Below are positions 50,301 to 57,879 of a stretch of 64,000 nucleotides of DNA, piece by piece. This DNA comes from Candidatus Magasanikbacteria bacterium RIFCSPHIGHO2_02_FULL_48_18 (GTDB lineage Bacteria; Patescibacteriota; Patescibacteriia; Magasanikbacterales; UBA922). The position numbers were made by a program, and so were the translations under genes. Under the pieces are notes generated by a model. The model was not told where the DNA came from, did not search any database, and saw only the letters and a program-made list of their open reading frames with translations. The stretch covers positions 4,197 to 68,196 of the forward strand of contig MFQC01000007.1 of the NCBI GenBank assembly GCA_001784285.1. Reading direction: 5' to 3'. Within the stretch, counting starts at the first letter, position 1. Every line of letters starts with the position of its first letter.

Positions 50301-51577
50301 AAATGGGGAATGATTTTACAACATATGGTGTGAGTTTTTCTACTATTTTGGGAACATACAAGACAGGTGCTTGTGAAAATCAAAATTTGACATATTGTCC
50401 CGATGATGAGGAAAGTGTGGTGTATTATAGTCCAAACGGCAATGGCGGGGATGTGTTTCGGGTTATAGGTGAACTGTTGGAAAAATTGGATGTACAAAAA
50501 AATGGCATACCTAAATATGCGGTTAAACAGGTTGGTTTCCCGGTAAGTCATGAAGCATATGCGGGCACAAGCCCGATTGGCACCCAGGGCACATATCAAA
50601 ATTTTGTCAATGGGCAATTGTACAAACAAACAAATGCATCAAAAAGTGTTGCGTACGTCCCTCAGGCGATTGTGAATGTATTCAATGGAGAAAATGGGAC
50701 ATGGGGAAAACTCGGATTTCCTTCAGGGGATCCCTATTCGTGGAAAGGGACACTGGCACAGGATTTTGAGACAGGAAGAATTGAAGGGTGGGGATCTGGC
50801 TATGCCGTGAGTCCGATTTGGTATTCACAAAAAGATAGTCATCACTTCCTCATCGTGAATTTGAATCCAAATGCAAGCAAGCGGGCGTGCTTCAAATCAT
50901 ATATTGGGCTTGCTGATGGCGTTTCAATTGGAGACAAAAATGTGGATGGAACATTAAAAAAACAATTTAGTGCACGGCATTTTGGCGATATTTTATTCTC
51001 GACGGTTGCAAGCGTGATTGCAAATAGAAAATTATCAGGGTATGAACCGGTTGCCGGGATAAACGCGGATTTCGTTGATAATAGTGCTCCAATGGGGATC
51101 AATTTTAGTCTTGGTCATGATTATACGGGGTGGCGTGACTTCTGGACTGCGATGGGAATATCAAAAAACAACGAGGTTATATTTAGCGGGGATAAGGGAG
51201 TGGTAGAGGAAAAATATAAGCACGCCATCGTGGGGGGAGGACCAAAAATTATTACAAAGGGGGAGATGACCAAGACTTCTTGTTCTGATTTGATCGGTTT
51301 TGCAAATTGTAATATTGCCCATGATCAAAGAACAGCGGTGGGTATCACTGGCCAAAATTTTATGATTGTTTTAGTGACTGACGATGGCCCCTTTGATGAT
51401 TTGCCCAGCATATTGAACACCTATGAAAAAAGTTATGGAAAAGTAAAAGAGGCAAATATGTTCGATGGCGGCGGTTCTCCGTCTTTGATATTTGAAAATG
51501 GAATTAAAAGAGAAGGGGGAAATACATTGTCTTCTCTCCTGCTTATGTATTCAGGAGATGCCTGCGCAAATCTATGA
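47336..51577 (+). CDS. secreted 1413-aa protein: degenerate transglutaminase-like domain, LGFP-like repeats, C-terminal phosphodiester glycosidase (NAGPA/DUF2233-like) domain
   Basis: Signal peptide; NDVDASSLTIALLRAAGIPARY, WIPID; VGFPVSHE..QNFVNG and LGFPSGD..QDFETG; GINADF, GGGPKI, QRTAVG, MFDGGGS. Confidence 0.75.
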   Translation: MTYTHRPLFHWMTAACLLSSLLFAPFLVVRAQVSDEILTEEPVVSLPETATDLEDSRPLSYTALMRRFHALRTQDQDTVEDAERTALRDDLAAFLEQEKIKTGGLPVSQEKQRAYIDRLEAMIQILTPQETPEESWWNRFVRTITEWFHEDTALTFDEKEFRAPDFPSQFQFADDVIEVKELKNPVVRVAEGETITDALKKLVRIEVASADTTLPVLADIKPDGEAVIPEEIRTLAKDLDNNPVAIMNYVQNAIQYEPYFGAKKGSVGCLHEKACNDVDASSLTIALLRAAGIPARYKTSIAVFSMDQLKSLLGVDEANTVYAAFASNHVPVYTISGNPLPEKLDDANLSGETHLALEWVFAEAFYDYDERGANIPNTLEAGGAQTSEELHALLAPFPKKQWIPIDVIVRSYIHTKNPILAESANFNAESFFYDYLAYQGNLDPVEKYAEELKTKTGKTLESSLSTKGYTEKSLDIIPITLPYLLGEGSAEDGSVVAPEAFSILPESFRYQLTLSLLQSFTNESVLETTFLASVVNNAELNVYYEGFTPEDQAIIDSYGGIHLTPAELVDIRAMLRTEDAIFSGTKAIAIGESLVMKFRLTLNGEELHIDEKFSTAGNHEGVYLAFSKTIPHPFLIDDNDPDKNSKILLEGNTAVAREYLRTIEKQGALLKQSLDYEYQTLVTRAVVTQNRILNTANGVPTTFDFQGLTIDATTFVADYSNRGNYKNHRKDFRLLWGLMASYEEGQVFTDLAGLNGISTVKGLQYAYGNPGTYTIHIITSANKAVIDTLTLSENTKENMKADVDKGNTVITPQKAIEKGKWKGVLYISLDPTWTGTYAIGEQVSQNGGFTTDDLEVASVYDPEVASWIDYYFKTIQLLSENAKFGYQDMPKSIGSVACTLKETTFNAIKSESGWKTEYGFPCRKDIISFGPVEHIYILATNAIKFYRTGQYNYWTKPANVLQKIDKYIEENTAISSQDIQGNKDLGLIKMGNDFTTYGVSFSTILGTYKTGACENQNLTYCPDDEESVVYYSPNGNGGDVFRVIGELLEKLDVQKNGIPKYAVKQVGFPVSHEAYAGTSPIGTQGTYQNFVNGQLYKQTNASKSVAYVPQAIVNVFNGENGTWGKLGFPSGDPYSWKGTLAQDFETGRIEGWGSGYAVSPIWYSQKDSHHFLIVNLNPNASKRACFKSYIGLADGVSIGDKNVDGTLKKQFSARHFGDILFSTVASVIANRKLSGYEPVAGINADFVDNSAPMGINFSLGHDYTGWRDFWTAMGISKNNEVIFSGDKGVVEEKYKHAIVGGGPKIITKGEMTKTSCSDLIGFANCNIAHDQRTAVGITGQNFMIVLVTDDGPFDDLPSILNTYEKSYGKVKEANMFDGGGSPSLIFENGIKREGGNTLSSLLLMYSGDACANL

Positions 51578-52119
51578 GCGGACAATGTAAAAAAGTAAAA
51601 ATTATATTTTTTATTATTTTCCTTTCTAGTGTGTCGTTGTGGCTATCCACAATCATGACACAACGAAGCGCTCCCTTTTCAGGAGAAGATACTCCTGAAT
51701 GGCGGTGGGGATTTCCTATTCAGTATGTGATAGATAACAGAGAGGGCGAATCAGTAGATCATATAAGTTTCAGCGATGATGTCATTCTTTGGGATAGGTT
51801 TAGTTTCAATGTCATTTTTTTCCTGCTTTTCTTTTTTACGGCATTGGGCGGTCTTTTATGGAAACAAGTACCCGGAATGATTTATTTTATCGGGGTATGT
51901 GTTGTGGCGCTCCTTTGGGTGAATCTTTTTTTTGTCAGCGGACCGTTTGAATTTTTTGTTCATTCATGGGAAGCCCGTCCGAGGCCTTTAACAATTATAG
52001 AAAAAAAATCAATCGTTGGCTCACTGTTGGTTATTGACGCAGTTTTGCTCCTCTTTTCCATGGGTGTGTATTGGCTGGTGGGTCATATGAAGGCAAAAAA
52101 AGTACGATATGAATTATGA
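51574..52119 (+). CDS. membrane protein, candidate immunity/partner
   Basis: ATGA overlap with upstream gene; about 4 TM helices with WGFP loop; AT-rich. Confidence 0.6.
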   Translation: MSGQCKKVKIIFFIIFLSSVSLWLSTIMTQRSAPFSGEDTPEWRWGFPIQYVIDNREGESVDHISFSDDVILWDRFSFNVIFFLLFFFTALGGLLWKQVPGMIYFIGVCVVALLWVNLFFVSGPFEFFVHSWEARPRPLTIIEKKSIVGSLLVIDAVLLLFSMGVYWLVGHMKAKKVRYEL

Positions 52120-52196
52120 GTATAGATGTGACACAAACGAAAAGTAAAATAGTATCAAAAGTAATCCTCCGAAAAATAAATAATAACTTTTTTCAT

Positions 52197-55106
52197 ATGA
52201 CCACGCGCACCATTGCCATACTCCTCACGTTCTCGCTTGTGAGCCTGGAGTTTTTTCCTGCCTTTCAAGTAATAGCTCAGGAAGAAAGAGGCGAAACCCA
52301 GCTCGAAACAAACGAGCCGCGCGCTCTTCCAAATGCGCCACTTCCGCTGTTTGATGGGAGGGATCGGTTTGTGGAACCGATCCCTGTTATTCAAGAATTA
52401 CACCCTGATTTTCGCGCGCTTGAGGAGCGTGAGCTTCCTCGGCCCATACAGGCGCGCGTGATTGACGGGCGGACCCCATTTGAGAAGCGCATGCTTCAGT
52501 TTTCCTCAAAAGCTTTGCAGGAGCAGTTTCAAAAAGGAAATATCGCGCCTCAGCAAAAAGGCGAGGTTCGCTTGCACAAGGTCAGTGAGCGGGCGTCTTC
52601 ATGGGTGCGCGCCCTCTTTGCAGATGACGTCCATGCGGCAGAGTTTGTGCCCATTATGGATTTTTATGATGGGATTGAAGATGTCCCTATTGATTATGCG
52701 TTACAGTATCTGTCACAGCACCAAAATTTGGATGGCAGTTTTGGCGCGTATAGTCGGTATGAGACAACCTTTTTGGTTTTCTTTTCACTGATTGAGTGGG
52801 GGAAAACCGACAATGATCAGTATGATCTCGCGCTTGAGTATTTGACAAACGCAACCCCAACAAACAATCGTGAACGCGCGTTCAAAATTCGCGTGCTTTT
52901 TGCCCTGGAACAACCGTACGCGCCCCTGCTTTCCGAACTTTTGGCAACGCAAAACGACGACAACGGATTTGGATTCGACGCATATTATGCCAGTGATGTA
53001 TTAACGAGTCTTGAAGTGCTTTTAACACTCAGCCAAAGTGAACTTTTAAATGCGAATTTTCTTACGTGGGGAAAAACATTTGGGTATGTGGCAAATCACA
53101 TTGAAAGTGATGGAACCATTCGTTTCACCGAGGAAAGCGCTCCCAGTTTTTATCTCATGAATCGAGTCGCGAGAGATATGTTTCCCATGAATGGGTATGT
53201 CGTTGAGCTCAATGGAAAGACATACGATATTGAAGATATAACGAATTCGGTCGTAGGGTTTTTGGACAATCAGGTTAAAACAAATCCGGAAACGCTCCTT
53301 GGTGCGGTCGACCCAATCGACTATGCGCTCACGGCCGAAACATTGGCTGTGTATGAAAAACAAAGCGCTGTAGCAGTAAAAAATTTGTTGGAAGAAATGC
53401 AACAGGCAGATGGCGGTTTTGGCGGTATTTTGCCGACGATGTATGCGCTCTCCGCGCTTGCACAGGGCGATCTTTCACTCACAGGTCTGGTTCCTCTTTC
53501 CACGCTCACAACCGGGGTTCCTGGGTCATTGAATGTTTCTATTTATAACAACGGCATCGCGCCGGTTTCTTCCGGGAAAGTGTACCTCTTTGCAGATCAA
53601 TACCAGCTGGACTTTTTGTTTGATTTTGCAGGACAAAACGTTGTTTTGCCGCCCGACGCAACAATGGAACTTGAGTGGCCGCTTGATAATACAAACATGT
53701 TTGTTGGGACAACAGAGTTTCGATATTATGCCGAAGCTCTAAATGAAATGCGGTATACCAATAACTGGATCCAAAAAACATTCACATTTGCAAAACATCC
53801 GCAAAATATGCCGGCGTCGCCCGTTTCTTATATTGCCTATAAAAGCGTGTTCCAAGGAACGCCGGCGGTTCAATTTGTATGGGCGAAAAAATCCGATCCA
53901 TTGCGGAAAAACTATATCATTATGTCTCGCGTAAAGGGTGCAACTCAGTGGAAATTTTCCGCTGTTGACCCAAATGCCGATCAGATTATTCTCCATTCTT
54001 TGGAGCAGGGGAAAGTATACGAAGTGACCGTCGGGTCGCTCGCCATGAATGGCACAAGCGTGATATTTCATTCGACCATTACCGACGTAACGGTGAGTGC
54101 CAGTCAGGCAAATTATTTGGGAAACATGAATGGGGTTGTCACCGTGGATCAAACACCGGCGCAGGGCATTACCCTTGCCGGGTATGTGATCGGCGCCTTG
54201 AGCGGTGACAATGGCGTATTCGCAAAGAATAATCTTCCCAACGGGTCACAGTTTGTTTTTCCGTTTGATCCGCAGTATGTTCCGCTCAAAATTCGTTATA
54301 CCGTCAAACCCGGACAAACAACCAACAACGTCCGCGTATTTACGAGCTTCACTCCGGACACCACGCCTCCAGTTGGTTCAAATATCGCCATTCTCGAGGC
54401 CGTCAATAACGCAATTTCGAATAATACAGAAGTCACTATTGTTGCGAATGGAACTGATGCGGTTGCGATAAAAGATGCGGATTTCTTTTTTTATAATCCT
54501 ACCGAGGGCATCTGGGAGTATCTTGGGACGTCTCCTGTACAAAATGGCGAGGCAGTCATACCGTGGTTTGTGCCGGACACACTCAAAGGCAGTGAATACA
54601 AAATTCAGGCAATGTTTTCCGACTATCAAGGAAATATATCGAGTCCAATTGTCTTTGGTCCGTTTATCATTGACGATACCACGCCACCAATAGTTGATAC
54701 GGATGGAGACGGTATTCCAGATACCAGCGATAATTGTGTATTTGTGTCAAATCCCACTCAAGGAGATTATGACCAAGATGGGAAAGGGGATCATTGTGAT
54801 CTTCCGAAGGGAGAAGTAACAGGAGACGGCGCTATTAATGTGGTCGATGTGCAATGCACAATTTTAACCGCATTGTGGGAGTTGGCCGGGAAAAATGGGC
54901 CAATGCCCATTTGTCTTTCACCACAGGAAGTGGATAATGCGGATCTCAATTGTGATGGCGCGGTTGATATTGTCGATGTTCAAATGACTATTCTTCTTTC
55001 GCTTGATTTGGAGTGTGATGCCGGAACCGGCATGTGCTCGCCGATATTTGTCACTGAGCTTGACGCAAATCAAGATAATATCGCGGATACGTGTCAGGCG
55101 TTATAA
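52197..55106 (+). CDS. secreted multidomain protein: prenyltransferase/squalene-cyclase-like repeats, CARDB/FN3/Ig-like domains, TSP3 repeat, dockerin-like C-terminus
   Basis: QNLDGSFG, QNDDNGFG, QQADGGFG; DLSLT..IYNNG..E..YTNN; DTDGDGIPDTSDNC..NPTQ.D.DQDG.GD.CD; GDGAINVVDVQ / DLNCDGAVDIVDVQ. Confidence 0.75.
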   Translation: MTTRTIAILLTFSLVSLEFFPAFQVIAQEERGETQLETNEPRALPNAPLPLFDGRDRFVEPIPVIQELHPDFRALEERELPRPIQARVIDGRTPFEKRMLQFSSKALQEQFQKGNIAPQQKGEVRLHKVSERASSWVRALFADDVHAAEFVPIMDFYDGIEDVPIDYALQYLSQHQNLDGSFGAYSRYETTFLVFFSLIEWGKTDNDQYDLALEYLTNATPTNNRERAFKIRVLFALEQPYAPLLSELLATQNDDNGFGFDAYYASDVLTSLEVLLTLSQSELLNANFLTWGKTFGYVANHIESDGTIRFTEESAPSFYLMNRVARDMFPMNGYVVELNGKTYDIEDITNSVVGFLDNQVKTNPETLLGAVDPIDYALTAETLAVYEKQSAVAVKNLLEEMQQADGGFGGILPTMYALSALAQGDLSLTGLVPLSTLTTGVPGSLNVSIYNNGIAPVSSGKVYLFADQYQLDFLFDFAGQNVVLPPDATMELEWPLDNTNMFVGTTEFRYYAEALNEMRYTNNWIQKTFTFAKHPQNMPASPVSYIAYKSVFQGTPAVQFVWAKKSDPLRKNYIIMSRVKGATQWKFSAVDPNADQIILHSLEQGKVYEVTVGSLAMNGTSVIFHSTITDVTVSASQANYLGNMNGVVTVDQTPAQGITLAGYVIGALSGDNGVFAKNNLPNGSQFVFPFDPQYVPLKIRYTVKPGQTTNNVRVFTSFTPDTTPPVGSNIAILEAVNNAISNNTEVTIVANGTDAVAIKDADFFFYNPTEGIWEYLGTSPVQNGEAVIPWFVPDTLKGSEYKIQAMFSDYQGNISSPIVFGPFIIDDTTPPIVDTDGDGIPDTSDNCVFVSNPTQGDYDQDGKGDHCDLPKGEVTGDGAINVVDVQCTILTALWELAGKNGPMPICLSPQEVDNADLNCDGAVDIVDVQMTILLSLDLECDAGTGMCSPIFVTELDANQDNIADTCQAL

Positions 55107-55182
55107 CGGTTTTCCTCCGTAAAAGTTGTTTTTGGCATTTATTGGCGGGGTGGTATACTGTATCCGTTCGTCTTCTTTGTGT

Positions 55183-55830
55183 ATGATGCCCTCTTTTCGC
55201 CTCCGCCATTTTCTTCTTCTCTTTTTTTTCGTTGTGATGGGTTTTTTTATTGCATTTCCCTTTGGAATTGTATCGCACGGGAAAAAACTCTCCTATAAAA
55301 CAGGAGAAGATGTGGTACCGGTCAATGTCGCCATTGTTTTTGGCGCAGGACTTACCGCAAACGACCAGCCATCAGACGTACTGTACGATCGGTTGCGCGT
55401 CGCGTCCGAGCTTTTTCATCAGGGAAAAGTGACGACCCTCCTCGTGTCCGGCGATAATCGGTTTGAAGATCACAATGAACCCGAGGTCATGAAAAAGAGT
55501 CTTGTTGACGATTTTTCTGTTCCCGAAGGCGCTATTGTGGCCGATTATGCCGGTCGGCGGACATACGATACCTGTATTCGGGCCAAAACCATTTGGGGCG
55601 TTGACAGGGCGGTCTTGGTGTCGCAGGGGTTTCATTTGTATCGCGCCATTTGGACGTGCGAGCATATGGGTATTGAAAGCTCGGGGATTTCCGCGAGCTT
55701 GCGTCCTTATATATTTGGGACACAGTATAAGGTGCGGGAGGTTCTTGCCATTTACAAAGCGTTTTCTGACGTGTATTTTTTGTCTCCGGCATATATCGGC
55801 GGCGAATTTATTATTGATATTGATGTATGA
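55183..55830 (+). CDS. SanA/YdcF (DUF218) family protein
   Basis: AIVFGAG, LLVSGDN, DYAGRRTYDTC, SQGFHLYRA, REVLA. Confidence 0.88.
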   Translation: MMPSFRLRHFLLLFFFVVMGFFIAFPFGIVSHGKKLSYKTGEDVVPVNVAIVFGAGLTANDQPSDVLYDRLRVASELFHQGKVTTLLVSGDNRFEDHNEPEVMKKSLVDDFSVPEGAIVADYAGRRTYDTCIRAKTIWGVDRAVLVSQGFHLYRAIWTCEHMGIESSGISASLRPYIFGTQYKVREVLAIYKAFSDVYFLSPAYIGGEFIIDIDV

Positions 55831-56321
55831 AACGTCAGCTCTTTTTTTCTCTCGGTGTGCTGAGTAGCTGCACCATTGGCTTGTATTTTTTTTCCCATAT
55901 CTTCAGCACCCTTGATCGGGCGTATTTTCGCGCGAACGAAGGCATTTTGACGCATTCAGAAACGATAGTAACCAACGGATCAATGGTGACAAATTATACC
56001 TACAGCCACACGCCGTTTTTTTATCCCATGATGTTCTTTTCTTTTGCCGCGCTTTTTGTGCCGATTTTTTTGGTATGGTTTTTAAGCGTGCGATTTTTTC
56101 GTGTTTCTGTTGGCAAAAAAACGTATGTCCAAAGCCTTTTCTTCCCCCTTGTCTACGCGCTCATCAGTATCATTTCATTTTTTATTGTTATGGATCCCGC
56201 TCTCGGCTGGGAGTATTCGGTGGGTATGGCGCTCATGTTTATCGAGATTGGGCTGGTGTTTACCGTTACGGCGATCGTGAATGGTATCATGTGGAAAAAA
56301 AAGAAAAAGAAGTCTTTCTAA
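55827..56321 (+). CDS. hypothetical membrane protein
   Basis: Four hydrophobic segments, basic C-tail, ATGA overlap. Confidence 0.6.
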   Translation: MKRQLFFSLGVLSSCTIGLYFFSHIFSTLDRAYFRANEGILTHSETIVTNGSMVTNYTYSHTPFFYPMMFFSFAALFVPIFLVWFLSVRFFRVSVGKKTYVQSLFFPLVYALISIISFFIVMDPALGWEYSVGMALMFIEIGLVFTVTAIVNGIMWKKKKKKSF

Positions 56322-56421
56322 GGTTATCTATGCCGCAAAAATATTGGTTCAAACCAGAAGGGGGATAAAAAGGGACAATGTGGATTATAAAAAATAGCTA
56401 AAATAAGCTATTATTTTCTAT

Positions 56422-56462
56422 TTTTGTTACTTGTTGACATGGTAGGTAACAAAAGGTAGTAT
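56422..56462 (+). promoter_or_regulatory. toxin-antitoxin promoter with inverted-repeat operator
   Basis: TTGACA (56434)-17bp-TAGTAT; TTTTGTTAC (56422-56430) and GTAACAAAA (56446-56454) flank the -35. Confidence 0.7.
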
Positions 56463-56470
56463 GTATATGT

Positions 56471-56728
56471 ATGGAAGATAAAAAATTTTTTTCTACCGCT
56501 GAGCTTGCCCTACTCCTTGGCATCAGTCGGGTGGAGGCGTTTCGTAAAATTCAAAAGGGTCAAATCCCGGCGAAAAAAGCAGGACGGAATTTTTTAATTG
56601 CCAAGAAAGATGTGGCGCACCTGCTCTCGCGTGAGCTAACTAATAAGGAAAAGAAAAAAATAGATATGGCAGTTGATAAAGTGATAGAGGAGTATGGCGA
56701 AACGCTAAAATTACTTGGAAAAGAATGA
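56471..56728 (+). CDS. excisionase-like HTH protein, putative antitoxin
   Basis: FSTAELALLLGISR...I.KGQIPAKKAGRNFLI; C-terminal EYGETLKLLGKE. Confidence 0.8.
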   Translation: MEDKKFFSTAELALLLGISRVEAFRKIQKGQIPAKKAGRNFLIAKKDVAHLLSRELTNKEKKKIDMAVDKVIEEYGETLKLLGKE

Positions 56729-56729
56729 T

Positions 56730-57158
56730 ATGGCAAAAATAGCACTAGTAGCCGTGGCAGATGTTGAATATATCGCCCACAGACTTGCCAAGCGGTTCTT
56801 TGAATGGAACGAACCAATTCCAGATTTTGGCACGCGGTTTCCAAACATATTGGAAAGTTGTCTTGCGGTTCCGTTTCAAACATTTGCGCGCCAGACGCTG
56901 TATAAAGGTTTGCTGGGGAAATCATCCATTTTATTTTATGTGATGATAAAGAATCATCCGTTTCAAAATGAGAATAAACGAATTGCAATAACGACACTAC
57001 TTATATTTTTGCGTAGAAATGGGAAATGGCTGAAAGTGGACAATCAAAAATTGTACAATTTTGCAAAGTGGGTGGCGGCGAGCGAGCCGGAAGTAAAGGA
57101 CGCCACAGTGACAGCAATTCGAGATTTTTTACGGAAGTATCTTATTGATATAAGTTGA
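56730..57158 (+). CDS. Fic/Doc family toxin, variant motif
   Basis: NHPFQNENKRIA; LESCLAVP. Confidence 0.85.
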   Translation: MAKIALVAVADVEYIAHRLAKRFFEWNEPIPDFGTRFPNILESCLAVPFQTFARQTLYKGLLGKSSILFYVMIKNHPFQNENKRIAITTLLIFLRRNGKWLKVDNQKLYNFAKWVAASEPEVKDATVTAIRDFLRKYLIDIS

Positions 57159-57262
57159 GAGAAACGCCACGATGGCAGGTGGAATGAGTATGCAATCATA
57201 TAAAAAAATTTATTGTTTTCTATTTGGAAGTATTGCCTTTGCCGGGCATGTAATTTTTTGCC

Positions 57263-57781
57263 ATGGCGCAGCTCGCACAATCATTTTTCCGCCGGCCGGT
57301 TCTTGAGGTCGCGCCGGAACTTTTAGGAAAACAGCTTGTCCGTTCGCTCCCAGCCGGAGATGTTTTCCGGTATCGCATTACCGAAGTGGAAGCCTACGAC
57401 GGCTCAGCGGATCTTGCGTGTCATGCGTCGCGCGGAAAAACACCTCGGACCGCGGTGATGTATGAGCCGGGCGGTGTGTGGTATGTGTATTTGGTGTATG
57501 GCATGTATCATATGCTCAATATCGTAACCGGCGAATCAGGGTACCCGGCCGCGGTGCTCATCCGAGGTGTGGAAACGATTTCAGGTCCAGGACGTCTCAC
57601 AAAAAAACTTTTTATCAATAAAACACTCAACCAAAAAAAAGCGATAAAACATAATGGACTTTGGATAGAAGATGACGGATTGGCCGTGTCAGCCTTTGCT
57701 GTCACCCGCACGCCGCGCATTGGTGTGGCGTACGCCAAAGAGTGGGCTGAAAAGCCCTATCGGTTTGTGTGGCAAACATGA
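57263..57781 (+). CDS. mpg: DNA-3-methyladenine glycosylase (MPG/AAG family)
   Basis: ITEVEAY, ACHAS, YVYLVYGMY, AVLIR, GPGRL, RIGV. Confidence 0.92.
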   Translation: MAQLAQSFFRRPVLEVAPELLGKQLVRSLPAGDVFRYRITEVEAYDGSADLACHASRGKTPRTAVMYEPGGVWYVYLVYGMYHMLNIVTGESGYPAAVLIRGVETISGPGRLTKKLFINKTLNQKKAIKHNGLWIEDDGLAVSAFAVTRTPRIGVAYAKEWAEKPYRFVWQT

Positions 57782-57818
57782 TTATGGCCAACAATAAAAA
57801 GTTTTGTCTTTTGGGCCA

Positions 57819-57847
57819 TTGACAATGGCGAGATTCTTCTTTATACT
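57819..57847 (+). promoter_or_regulatory. sigma70 promoter for typA
   Basis: TTGACA-17bp-TATACT. Confidence 0.7.
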
Positions 57848-57879
57848 TGTGCTTTCGCTATAGTAAGCTTTTTTTGGTT

